From positions 1,601,288-1,665,287 of the forward strand of contig OZ287695.1 in assembly GCA_965649825.1 (NCBI GenBank): 64,000 nucleotides of DNA, given 5' to 3'. A model generated the notes under the pieces. That model had not been told where the DNA came from and made no database searches. It saw only the letters and a list, made by a program, of their open reading frames with translations. A program made the translations under genes and the position numbers. Positions 51,486 to 64,000 of the stretch are shown one piece after another (position 1 is the stretch's first letter; every line of letters begins with the position of its first letter). This stretch comes from Penicillus capitatus. Taxonomy: Eukaryota > Plantae > Chlorophyta.

Positions 51486-54097
51486 GTCCAGGCGCGACAC
51501 AATAAGGACATACATACCAAGAAGCAACCCTTGTGTCTTCGTTCTCAGACGCTGTATAAGAAGACAGATCACTGGACGGCGTTTTGTCAAAGGAGTTTGA
51601 GATGTGCCAAAAGAAATAGTGTAGGAATCAACAATGTAGACATTTGTTGAAGCTTATTGGTACATTGTCTCAGATCAAAAGAGACAATGTGACGGATCTC
51701 TTGTAATCAGATGATGATGATGCACAGAACCTCCGCGACTTGAAATGGCGCTGAGAACTATCTCTCGCTGACTGATCGAGAAGGAGCTTGACAAATAAAG
51801 GGAGGGGGTGAGAATCCACGATCGTTGCAGACTATACCCAATAGGTTGCATCATCATTTCCTGTGCTGTGCGTTCCATCTTACCGAGTTCTCTCGGCAGC
51901 AAGCACAAGGTCTTTGGGTGTTATCTCGATGACAGTTTTTGTTGTTCTTCTCCCTTTTACAAGCACGATGTCATTCTCTACTGAGAATTTTTGCCGACGT
52001 CTCTTGCGTTTCGGTGAATAAGCGCGTCATATCGGTTAAACCGATGCTCGACGATGCACGAGCACATGTTAGTGGCAAAGGTACTTTCTGCATCGCGTGC
52101 CGGTCGAATACGGTTGTCCTGTGTTCGAACGTCTCCTGTTCGTCGACTCAGAGTCAGGATTCGATGGAAGACGTCGTTCGAAGCACTGCTCCGCGATCAT
52201 CGACAACTTTCCTATCCGTCGTGAGGAGACGCGGGTTCGTCGAGGACCAGGCGGCCGCGACACTCTTCAAACGTAATCGTCTCCTTTCAGGCAGATTGGC
52301 ACGGGTCTCAAGAACAGCTCCGGATGTGCGTGCCGTATACAGACACTGCATGAAGTATTGGGGTTATCGGTTATGGAAAATTAGCGCGGCAGTTTCTCTG
52401 AAATGGAATGCTGATATACATCAGAGTTCGGCGGACATACTTTGTGAAGCATTGATAAGGGGACGCCAAACGTATAACGGATATGGATTTCGGAAATCTC
52501 TTTCGCGTCGACATGCTCGCAGCTCCATTCCCTGAAGCTGAACCGACTCTCCTGGCAATCGTGCACAACAAATGACATGATGCCACGCTTGTCTGTGTAC
52601 CGAATTTCAGTTCGAGAGGATCTTTAGCGTCATCCCAAAACAGAACCTGGTGTTAAGAACGATAGCGCTCTCCTCGCTTAACCAACCAAGGCGCGAACGA
52701 AGTACGAACGGAAGTAAGATGCGGCAGATGACGTCTGTTAAGTGAGTTTGCCATCACAGCGTATAGTGTTCCGTGTTTGTTCCCCATTTCATTTTGCCTC
52801 GCGATGACGCACTACTACCATTTTAAAAAGGTAAAACGACGGAGACAGAAACAAAATTGCCTCCCTATGGAGAAACGTCTCTCTCCGCGACGCAACTGTG
52901 CGTCGGCATGGCTTCTCGACTGATGTCATTTTGGACAGGGCCCTCGTCTTCCAAGTCTCCAAGAGCTGTGTACACGTGTTCTCGTCGACAACAGACATAC
53001 GCTTGGTCGTTTTGTTTCTGGTGAGGGTGTGGGAAACGGTTGGCTTTCAGGTGACGTAGGGGATATTCCTGCATACCATCTGAATCCTGTACTCGCACAT
53101 TGCAGCCCTGAAGACCTACAGAGAATTGAAGATAAGACAATGTTCCATCGACTGTCTAAATATCTGTCGGGTCTCATTCGCTGTGTCTCAGGGAAAGATC
53201 AGGCAGAGATATCCGTTGGGATACCTGGCAGATCTGGAAGCGCATGTACGTCTCGAAATACGGAAAACCCAATCCGGATGAGGTATCGATCGTCTATGAC
53301 TCGTCTTTTCGTGGTATGGTGATGTGACAGGTGCCCGAACTGAGGGCATTGCCAGACAAATCGGTGGATCTAGATAACCTGCCAGAAGGCTTGGGTACTG
53401 TATTTCTGTTCTGCACGGTCAGCTGGACGATGGGATTTGAGAGTATAGGTGATTATCGAGCTCTGTACGAACGCAAAGTGCAACAGACAGATGCTCAAAG
53501 AGCCAAACTGGCAGAGAAGCTAAGAAGAATGAAGAAGAAGGAACAGATGTCCAGAGAAAAGACAAAAGCTAAGGTGACAGTGTCCTCCAATTAGCAGCAT
53601 TGACTCATCAAAGCAATATCTGTTGCAGAGAATCGACACGATCACGCCCAGAAAGCCACGTCCGCGAAGTTCTGCAGCGCGTGCTAGCCTCAAGAACTCT
53701 ACTGGTAAATGCTCTCCATCTCATGACAGGCAAGGTTTATCTGTTGATGCCCGCAGGAGTTTCAGCCCAGGACTTCTTTCAGAAACTCGGCATGTCCAAA
53801 AAGAGCAAACCAATCTTCAAACGCAGGTAATGTGATGCCCTCACAGAGGTGGTTTAGAAATCGTTGGGTGGTTGGATTGCAGATGAGGCATATACTCTAT
53901 TGTTTGCTTTGATCTTTGCACGAACATCTATTCACGCTGTTGTAGTTTTAACCATCTGTTGTGTACGAAGATCGCCGTTATTAGGCAGAACTTGCCCATC
54001 GGTTTTGTGACGGTTTCTTGTGGAAAGTGACATGGGTGGTTTACATAAAAAATGGCTACTGCAAAATTCTCTTCGCCAAAAAGGAAAGCAATCGATC

Positions 54098-55223
54098 TCA
54101 CATCTGAAAGATAATGGAATAGGCTCGATAGAGAAGATAAAGCATGGCCACGAGCGTCAGGAACGAGAGGGCATCACTCATGAAGGACTGATCCTCCCTC
54201 TCATAGAACTGCACAAAAACAAATGGCTGACGACTAAACCATCGATAGAGATAGGATTTCATCATCTACCGTATAAGGATCTCGTGGATCAACGAAGTAA
54301 GGTGATGAATCTTCATCTCCCAAACCGAGCTTCTGTCCCAGTTGTCGAAATCCATCTTGAGCATCTAAGCGAAAACACAAGTCTCCAACACTCTGTCATC
54401 ATCACACACCTTGCTGTAGTTGCTGAAGTGACCATAGCGTTCGACTGATCGTAAAGGCAGTGCCTGCCAAGGGAGAGCATTTTCCCAAGTCCCATGAATC
54501 GCTAACAAACACTCTCCACGTAAAGGTCATCGCAGGCGGATCCGGATGGGGTCACCGGTGTTCCATGATTCGACCGGAGAGTAGATTGAGTTTGATGATC
54601 GACCGAAAGCTAACGTCGATGGACTGGTTCAGAATAGCGCCGGTCAACGACCAGTCCACCGATGCCACATCTCTCTCCATCATTCTCAACTTGCTCACCT
54701 TCTACGCATCACAGAGATCGCACACCTGTTCGTCAAAGACAGCACAGACCACTCTTGGCCGATCCACCGATTCAGCAATCCAGTTCATGCGTTCATATTT
54801 CTCCTTCCCACGGAACGATCGTAATGGATCCTGCATTGCACGGCGGTGAGAAAATGGAGAGTGTGAACAATGGGGTGATGTTGCTTTGTAGATGACATCT
54901 CCTGGAAATCGAGTCATTGTCCAACGGCCTGGTCTCTGTAGATCGACGGCAAATGTTTTGATGGTCTCCTCGACCGACGGACTCGATGTACAGACAAAAT
55001 CATTACAGTACTCGCGATCGATTTCTTCGACTTCCAACGCATCTTCGACGCTTTCTTCACTTTCGGCTCGGGGACAGAGTTGCCATCTGTGTGATTTCTT
55101 TGGCGCTGTCCAGCGTCTCGTGAGAGGAGGCAGTCGGCGTTGAAGCAGCGCAGGAGAAGGGCTCAGCAGCGACACTGGCAACGTGCGCCACTGCATTTGA
55201 TCTCCAAAGAATAATGACGCCAT
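54098..55223 (-). CDS. Conserved plastid-targeted protein with an NTF2/SnoaL-like domain and C-terminal TM helix
   Basis: Transit peptide; REYCNDFVCTSSPSVE; DPLRSFRGKEKY; VDWSLTG; IMEHR|ESWDL; ending DPRDPYT|FYEREDQSFMSDALSFLTLVAMLYLLYRAY. Confidence 0.6.
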
Positions 55224-56037
55224 TTGACTTCTTGAAGGAGGGATACGGTAACACCGTGTTGCAGAAATGCGATTCGGGGATCTTACTCTCCTTTGGAAGA
55301 AGATTTCAAAGCGACAATACATAAAGTGCATTGACGCCTCGAAGTCTTCTTCCACAAAGACCTCGTACATGAGGATACGCCTCCCGGATCGACCGTGAGA
55401 AAAAAGACGATCTCGCCCTGTGATTCTTGAAATGTCTGGCATTGCATTCACCTTTCTCTTTGGGATACGAGTGGTGTGGTCTCAGAATTTCGTTTCATGT
55501 TTCCATGGACGCATTTATTGGTAATGGAGCTGCGGACAGTGTTCGAAAACACAGCGCTAAGGTGAGTTGCCATTCCCAAGGTGTTGCGATCTTTTGCGAA
55601 TGAAGACTTCAGCCCGGAACACCTGTGTAGGCTTAAGGGGCGGAGGGAATATCTGGCAATTCGAGATCTTGTCTGCGGCAGCGAAGAACTAACCGCACAG
55701 ATCGACGGATGACGGCCACGTCGTCGTGTTTGCTAACTATTCTTTTGGTTGTCCTCGCTGTCGATTCTTATGCGCTGTCACAGATCAAGATCGACATCTT
55801 GTGCCCATTTAGGATATGAGAATGGGTGCTGATCCAAAGTCGGCGGCGTTTTGGCGCTGAAAAGACGATTCCCTGGTGCATCGAGTGTCGGTGCGCGCAC
55901 CGATTTCGCGTCGCGCCGTAACCGGTAGGCTACGAACAGTAGTGTCCGTCAAACATTTTAACTTGCCTTTGGCAGAATCACTAAAAGAGTAGTAGCTTCA
56001 CTTCACCGTTTTCCGCAGAGCCATTTCGATTGCTGTT

Positions 56038-57158
56038 ATGGGAGCTGACGCGCCCGAAGTTTATCGCGCCGTCGAGTGGCTTAGAAACGGAAAAGAAGAG
56101 CAACAGTATCAAGCCGCTCTCGCTTTGCGTTCCTTAGCAGCAGACGCTGACAATAAGGACCTAATAAGAGAAGCCGGTGGTATACAGGAACTTATAAAGC
56201 TGCTTGACTCCGGACCCGATGCTTCACTGACGATTGTCTCTGCGGAAACCGTTTGCTGCCTCGTCGCAGACGATCTCGTGAATCGCGTAAGATGGCCCTT
56301 CTCACTTAGCACTCATGTGATGACAGCCTCCAGGAACTGCTGAGACATTTTGGAGGCGTCGAGAAACTCGTTAAGCTCCTCTATTATGGACCTAATAGCG
56401 AAAGCACGCATCGAGCATTGTTGGCGTTGAGAATTCTGACAGACAAAGAGATTGACAGATTAGCCATTCTGAGAGCTGGAGGCATTCGTCCGTTAGTAAG
56501 CCTCCTCTCCTCTGGCCCCGAATCAGAAGTGAAAACCCTCTCTTCATCTTCGCGGATGCGACATTTGGAACGCTCTAGATAACCGAGTACTCGGCTGCTG
56601 CCCTTGGAAACTTGGCAGCCGGTTCTCAAGAGATCAAAGATGCAATTCGTGAAGCAGGAGGGATTAAACCGCTCGTTGACTTGTTAAAAGAAGACCCGAA
56701 TGAGATTTCAGCAGAACTGGCAGCTGTCGTGCTGCGAAACTTGTCACTGCAAAATCCGACGAATCGTGCAGAGATCCAGGTGACATTGCTGCTTCGCATT
56801 GTCCGTCATCTCATCTGAAGCCTGTCTATCAGGCAGCGGGCGGATTGGATCCATTGTTACGTCTATTGTCCTCAGGACAAGAAGCTCTGCACGATCCACT
56901 TCCGTGTGTTGTGGAATACGTGGAATGCAAAACCACTGGAACGAAAACGAAATCGCTGGAAGGCATGTGTTGCTTCGACCCCACACACGGACATCTCTGC
57001 ATTGCTCCAAGGGAGATTCCAAAGTTTGGGTGTTTTGGACCTGGTCATGAACCGGACCCAAGGTGTATCTCCGCTTTGATGAGGATTGTGTGTCATGGAT
57101 GGATGTTGTTTTTATAGAGAGCGCAATGCTGAACGTTATTCGCTCTTGCGCAAATTGA
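56038..57158 (+). CDS. Armadillo-repeat protein
   Basis: Repeated IREAGGIxxLVxLL / AAxALxNL units. The 3' end is tentative. Confidence 0.8.
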
Positions 57159-57919
57159 CCATCGTGGAAGCAGAAAGCAACTCTCTGGAGCTCAATTTTA
57201 GTGCAGCGGAGAGAAACGTAAGCCGTCTGCTGCATCACGCACAGGGGTATTCCGAGTGATGTGCCTTTTTAGGGTGTGAGGCAAATTGACAAAGGAGGAA
57301 AGATCAAAAACCGCAGACTCCAACGGCTTCTTATCTGTCCATGTTCGGCAACAGAGGTCAAAGGATCGATCATGAGAATGTTGACCAGAATGCATCTCGA
57401 AAGAGAATTTCGAAACAAGCACACGTCTACGGTACAGACCAGCTCTACATTTGCTTCCGTGTCGGACACGGAGGCCTAACGTGATGGGATCATTAAATCG
57501 AAGAACGCAGTGGATGTTCATGGATCGGTGACTGATGGGTGAATAAGACATTCATTCTTCACACTGCGCGATAACGTACCATTCATGTATACTGACTTCC
57601 TTCGGTAAATGAGAGGGTTGCCGTTCACGCTTTTGCGTTCTCATTCGATGGCGGCTCGATGTGATTCTCTATCAAATACCCCTGGGCTCAGGACAGCGAA
57701 GTATATACATGTGTTGGTCCTCTGACAAGGGGAGGGTATATACGTACTGCTGATACTCCAAACATATCTATCTACTGCTGTCACATCAGCTGTTTACTGG
57801 CGGAATCTAATATACATCCATCCGTTAAAGCGGTGATCCCGAGGCTTTTTGCCACCAACGTTCACGCGTCTGTTCAATGTTGATGCAACTAAAAAAATGT
57901 TGGAAGACCGTGTGTCTTT

Positions 57920-58410
57920 TCATCTTGGTGTCGCGGTCACATCCTTCAGAGTTGGATTCATCCGTCTCGGAGCACAGACGTCTTCAGTGGGAGGCAGCGT
58001 TGGATAATCGAGGATCAACTCATGCAACTCGTCTGAGGTCAGCGTATCCACAATCATCTCCATTTGACGATAAATCATCAACAGCTCCGAGGGAACAAAG
58101 CCTGAATAACATAACACCGATGACGGATAGACACAAATCTCTGTGCCTTGTGATGCACATCATATATACCGTTTTCTACCGTTATCCGACGGGTAGCAAT
58201 CTGAACACGTGACTGCCAGTATGGTGTCCATAAGAGACGGGGGTTACTCATGGCGACATCGAGCAGTTTTTGCAGATCCTGTATCGCCACTGCTCAGTGT
58301 GTGCATGGTTTGAGAGAATGCGTTACCAGGTCAGTGGTAATGAAATCGATGCGACCCTTCTCGCCTGTCGTCCGTCGAATGCCTCGCTGCAATGCCCTTC
58401 TGTAGGACAT
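57920..58410 (-). CDS. RING-less paralog of the RING-H2 gene at 10471-11320
   Basis: Three exons align with the RING gene at the same intron positions (ITTDL|..DLQKLLDVAMSNPRLL..|..YRQMEMIVDTL). Stops before any RING. Confidence 0.65.
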
Positions 58411-59080
58411 AACTATACACACAACACATACATCTGACGGCGCCGCCGGAGATTTCTACGGTTTCGTGAAAACCGGAAGAAATTTTCTGCTCTGCGCGAC
58501 GCTATTGAAACGGCGATGCGTAACAATCATCCTACAGCGAAATCGGATCACTACCGGCTCCGGCTGTGAGACAGGCGCCAACGAGAAGTCGCGCCAACAT
58601 CGTCAGAAATGCTCCGCTTCTCCGACGCGATTAATGACGACAAAAGGCGCATTGCCTCACTTCGTACAACAGTATCCCACACGTGGTGCTTTGCAAAATC
58701 GTCAGCCATTAGCGGTGCTACGATCCACTGTCTCAACGAAACGTGTCCCTAGGGAAAGAAAAATGTGCTTCACACGACTGGAGGATTCGATCCGCGCTGA
58801 CCAGGTGCGATATCCTGCGATGGAATGCAAACGAATGCGTGACGTCTACCGTGTCAGGTAGGTCCACATTACTAAATCTTCAAGCGTTCCACATTGGAAG
58901 TCACACTAATTCTCACGACAGACAGTAAAAGAGTGTTTTCAGTATGCAATCCATAACCGTTCCACCTCGTCGACTGCTCAACATGGGTGCGATTGTCTTC
59001 TGCTCAATGCCCTTCCTTTCTACGCATCAGGCCATCGCAGGACTCGACATTTACAGGTATGTCTTCACATCGACGAGGCA

Positions 59081-59803
59081 TCAGTTCTTTCCCAAAGCGT
59101 TAATGAGTTCATTGTAAGCTGATTCTAAATCGAACAGGAGTTGGCGTTTGTCTTCTTCAGGCAGTTCATAGTTCGCCGCTTTGAGATGGAGTTTGGAAAC
59201 CCATGACTGCACGACACTCTTTGCTGTGCAATCCGCCGGAAGTGTCGTCAGTTTGTTGAGACTGACAAGCAGCTCTTTTAGTGAAGGCGAGATCTCATCG
59301 ACCGCGACCATTCCCAGACGAATAGAGTCCATTGTGGTGATAAAACTTGAGACGGCAGAAGCGACAGCCACATGTTGCGCAGACGTCTCGGTATCTGTCG
59401 TGCCGTGCTCGATTGTTGCCGGAACGCCAGCCTTTAATCGCGTGGATGCCAAGGGACAGTGCATAGAGTACTGTGCAATGAACCCATCGATGTCTGGCAC
59501 CTACATACAGTACATAACATTGAACTGGCTGAGAGGCATAGAGAGGCACACCGCATCACGCATGGAGTTCCATAGTGTCTTGAATTGGGCCAGAAGCTTC
59601 TTGCAGGCAGGTTCATAACTCTCAGCCGGTATGATATCGCGAACGTAAGCACGCTCGAGTCGCTCCACCGATTTCACCATCACGAAGATATCTGAACGCG
59701 TCAAGGCGTATCTGTAAAGTCACTGCGCTTGTTGAACATTGCCTGCGAGACTGTCGTGGTGACTTTGTTCCTTCGCATCGTTGGCGAGTCGGATACGAGC
59801 CAT
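59081..59803 (-). CDS. VPS28: ESCRT-I subunit VPS28
   Basis: LA|DIFVMVKSVERLERAYVRD, CPLASTRLKAGVPATIEH, FITTMDSIRL and RQLLFDLESAYN. Confidence 0.93.
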
Positions 59804-60024
59804 TGTGATGTAAGTGTTGTTGGTACGTGCGTGTCATCTCCGTGTTGAGCACGGCCTCATGTTCAAATAGCGTGTTACGCCAAGCAATTTTCAGTTCTTT
59901 CAATTGCTTCAGAGCAGTGAGCTTTCTGTATCCAAGCGAGATTGGACGAAACCAAACGCATAACGCTTAAGTGTGTTGCATATCGTCGTCTTTTAGTCAA
60001 CGACGAGTTGATTAGTTGACCGCG

Positions 60025-63000
60025 ATGGATCCTAAGAAATCGTCAAAAAGCGCGAAGAAGCGACATAAGAGGGCCGCCAAGCGGGCGGAGGCAAGGGACG
60101 CGTCGACGACGTCGACGAGTACTTACTTGCATCGATCACTCATCTAGGGATTGAATTTTTGACCTAGATCCCTCCTCCCTTGTCACATCGTCGGATGCTC
60201 CGTCGACGGAGTCTCTGTCGATGGCGTCGCTCGAGGCCACACTATCTCCGACCCCGCGAAGAGCTCAACGCCAGCGTGTATGAAATGCATGCATTTCACT
60301 GTAAGGATAGATAGACGAAGGATGTATTTAGGTCTGCGACATGGCGCCCAGATTAGACTATGGCAAACTCGGTCGGTGTATTCAGGTCTACGCCAACGTC
60401 TTTCCGATGAAGCCCCTCAAGATCGTCGTTCATCAGTACGACGTGGACATTCAACCCGTCGCTGCGCCACCAAGTGAGAGATTCCACAGTGGCCATTACT
60501 GCGGCTCAAGCAACGTGGATGCAACAGGAGGCGGTGGACGTGGTCGTGGAAGAGGAAGAGGAAGAGGTCGTGGTCGAGCGGCCCCAGCACGCCCCGCTGG
60601 TCCAGTAACCGTCAAGAGGGACATCGCAGAACGCGTGTGGGCCGAGCTGACGAGGAATGGAAACATCTTGCCTCCAGGCGCCGCCTTCGATGGACAGAAG
60701 AACCTCTACGTGCCGCAGCGCAAGGTCGACAACTTCCAGAGCATGGCGTCAATCAAGTTGGACGACAAGCAGAAGGAGTATCAGATCACCGTGTCCTTCA
60801 CGGCCTCGTGGCCGCTCTCCAGCGTGTCCCGCTTCATATCCGACGGCGACGTCGAGTATCCAGCAGCCGCTCTGGCTGCGCTGGATGTGGCACTGCATCA
60901 GTTCTTCTACATGCAGCAGGGATTGGTCTCGCTGGGAAATGCGATCTTCCGACGCGACAATCGAGCTCGCACCATCAGTCCTGGCGTAGAAGCGTGGGCG
61001 GGATACTACCAGTCCGCCAGGCCGTGTCAGCTTGGACTCTGTCTGAACATGAACTCCTGCTTCACGCCGATGATCCAACAGCAGACGGTGGTTGAGTTTA
61101 TCCAGGCCTACGTCGAACAGAAGGTGGCCGGGAGGAAGGTGCCTCCCGAACAGCTCCACCAGCATCTTAACGACCAACACTACGCAAGAATAGCCGAGAA
61201 GCTCGACAAACTCAAGGTTCGCCACATTCGTCTGCTCGAACGGTTGGGTTTGACACGTGATGGATGCTTGCAGTTTAAAACGATACATAACCCCAGACGA
61301 GAAATCCACGAAAAGCTGGCACAGTTTTCGGACAAGACGGCGGCCACGATGACGATTGAGACGAAAAGAGGGAAGAGGGTCACTGTCGCGCAGTACATGT
61401 TGGACGAAAACCGTTACCAAGTTCGCTACCCCAATCTCAGGCTGATGACCATCTACAAGAAGAACAAGCCTTCGCACCATGCCTTCCCTCCGGAGTGTCT
61501 GATGATTAAGACAGTGCCGTACAAGAGAAAGATGAATGAGAAGGAGTTGGAGCGACTGATCCAGGCCGCCTCCCAGAAACCAGCGGAGAAGAAGGCGTTC
61601 ATCGAAGTGTGCCACAAGAACCAGCTGGGAAACGGTAGAAACAGGAACCATCTGGACGCTTGGGGTGTCCAGATCGCGGAAGAGATGGCGACCATTCCTG
61701 CACGTGTTTTGCCTGGACCCAGTCTCGAGGGTGGAGACCAAGCCCACATAGACGTCCAAAACAAAGGAGAATGGGACGACAGTGCTTACAAGTTCCAGAC
61801 CCCGATGGCTGTTCGTTCTTGGGGTTTGGCGAATTTTTCTGAATGCCCAAAAGACGCAGTGGAAAAACTGACGACTGACCTAGTAGAGATGATGCACAAT
61901 AGGGGTATGGAAGTCGCAGACTTCCCTTTTGACATGGACTTCGACCGCAAAGACCGATTTAGAGCCGAAGAATTCCTTCGCGAAGTAGCTCAGGGAGCTA
62001 AAAACAAGTTCGGCGGAGAACCTTGCCAGATTATCATGGTCATTATGCCGGACTTCGCTGAAAGGGAAGGAAGAAGCATTGTCACGACCGAGGATCTCTA
62101 CACAGAAGTCAAAGTGGCTTCTGATCAGCTGGTCGGCATTCCTTCCCAGTGCATCCGAACAACCAATGCAGGACTCGAAGGCAGAGCTGCCGACCACAAT
62201 CGCCGTGCGTATGTTGCTAACCTGACGCTGAAGATCAATGCAAAACTCGGAGGCATCAACACGACTCTCTACAATCTGCAGGGCCAACAGCACCGCACAT
62301 GCTCCTTCCCTTTGCTGGGAGACAGACCTTTCATGGTTCTGGGCGCCGACTTGACGCATCCACCACCCAGCAGCGAAGACAAGCGATCGGTGGTCGGTGT
62401 CGTGGCCTCGATGGATCGAACGCTGTCCCACTATGCCTGTCGGACGCAGTTCCAGGAATGCACGGACACCGGCCGAGAGGTCATCCGAGATCTCAAGAAG
62501 ACAGTCAAGGAACTGCTGAAGGCGTACTACGTCAAGAACAACGGAGTCAAACCCGAGGCGATCCTCTTCTACCGAGACGGCGTCTCCCAGGGCGAATTCC
62601 CGAAGGTCGTCGAGCACGAGTACGAGGCCATCCGAGCCGCCTGTGCCGAGATGGGAGACCCGTCTGCCGAGTACTGTCCACCCATCTCCTTCATCATTGT
62701 CTCCAAGCGTCACGGCATGAGATTCTTTCCCAGCAATTCAGCCGACGCCGACAGATCCGGTAACGTCTGTCCCGGTCTGGTGGTGGATTCCCATGTCTGT
62801 CATCCACATGGCTTCGACTTCTATCTCGTCAGCCACACCGGAATCCAAGGCACTTCCAGACCGACGATGTACTCAGTTCTTATCGACCAGGTCGGTTTCA
62901 AGCCAGACGATCTACAGTTGCTCACATACTGGATGTGCCATCTTTTCTGCCGCTGCACACGAAGCGTGTCGTACTGCCCGCCAGCATACTATGCGCATCA

Positions 63001-63097
63001 TGCAGCAGCCCGTGGAAAACTTCTCTGGACAAACAAATCTCGTAACACGGAGAATGCCGTACACCCTAACTTGGAAGACACTCTCTTCTTTGCGTAA
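60025..63097 (+). CDS. AGO: Argonaute protein B (N-PAZ-MID-PIWI, DEDH tetrad)
   Basis: 918-aa ORF 60341..63097 with the same motifs as Argonaute A. Two upstream exons splice in frame from ATG 60025 (MDPKKSSKSAKKRHKR). Likely in-frame introns at 60474-60527 and 61217-61273. Confidence 0.96.
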
Positions 63098-64000
63098 CTT
63101 TTGCTCGGTTGCTTCTAGACAATGGATGCAAAACGTAACGTTGCCTATTTTGCCACGCATTGTTTGTCCCAAATTTTGGATTAGACTTTGCATTCTTTTT
63201 CGTTTACAGTAATCACCTGATATGTTCAGGTCATGCAGAAACAGAGGGCAGTTTGGTAATGCATGAGGAGTTTGGTATCTATCCCTACCACTGTTATGTC
63301 CCCTTTCAAATTCTGTCTCCGAAGCAAATGCAGTACTCTACTTGCAGATGAACGCATTGCTCATTATCGTAGTAACTATTGAAGACGTATACGATGTAAG
63401 CTATCTTGGTCGTCACGAGGCCGACCTGCAGAGCTAAGATGCGTCCCTTGATGCACACGTTCCGCAATCGAAGATCTGTAAACGCCCCCTCTTGTCTGAA
63501 TCTTCAGATTTATCATCGGTACGACATTTTTTGTGTGACCTCGAGTGAGGCACTCCGATCGTCATCGTGGCCAATTGGGTCAAAGATCCGACAACCATCG
63601 ACGATGGTTTACCAAGAATTATTGCTCAACGCTTTACAAATAGGATGAGTGAGGACACATGAACACAAGAGAAATGATAGCATCGTGCACACTTTTCTGT
63701 GTTTGTATCGCATTCGAGATCATCTTTCAAAGGTTGTTCACAGAAAAGATAAGGGCAGTGCTGTTGCGATGGACAGGTCGACGGATGCTGATAGCACCTT
63801 CGGTTAGTGAACCGCTTTTCTCTTTAGCTTCTCCCAAACATGACGCATAGACATTACACCTATACGTCGTTTCCATGCCGGGAAGCGGAAGCGTGTCATT
63901 TTTCGCGAGCACCTCTTCATTCTCTGAGCGCCAGCTTCGCAGCAATCGGAATGTGATTCGAGGGCGCCATTGCATTGGGCATTGGTCGAAGCTTGACATG

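Overview
Gene-dense eukaryotic DNA with many short (~45-60 nt) spliceosomal introns and the standard genetic code. By inference it comes from a compact-genome green alga with a flagellated stage: it has plastid-targeted FKBP16-3, uL11c, FHY1 and rhodanese, plus the dynein-assembly factor kintoun. About 30 genes can be reconstructed by hand; most are housekeeping. The unusual part is a nested set of paralogous duplications. (1) Two head-to-head Argonaute genes (39.8-42.9 kb, - and 60.0-63.1 kb, +) have intact DEDH slicer tetrads. They alternate near-identical and strongly diverged tracts, carry an RG-repeat loop inside the N domain, and have an elongated MID nucleotide-specificity loop. (2) An inverted duplication (14.65-19.17 kb versus 30.48-31.45 plus 35.04-38.58 kb) carries a sulfotransferase, FKBP16-3 and a CREST-like membrane gene. 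It skips 3.6 kb at a CGCG microhomology and switches abruptly from near identity to clear divergence inside one gene. (3) A RING-H2 gene has a RING-less paralog. The homogenised tracts are much more GC-rich than the diverged tracts, suggesting GC-biased gene conversion between inverted repeats. Several GC-AG introns, very short divergent spacers and an unexplained palindrome-bracketed GC island (13.15-13.55 kb) are also noted. Exon boundaries and identities were read by eye; no tRNA, rRNA, CRISPR array or transposase was found.
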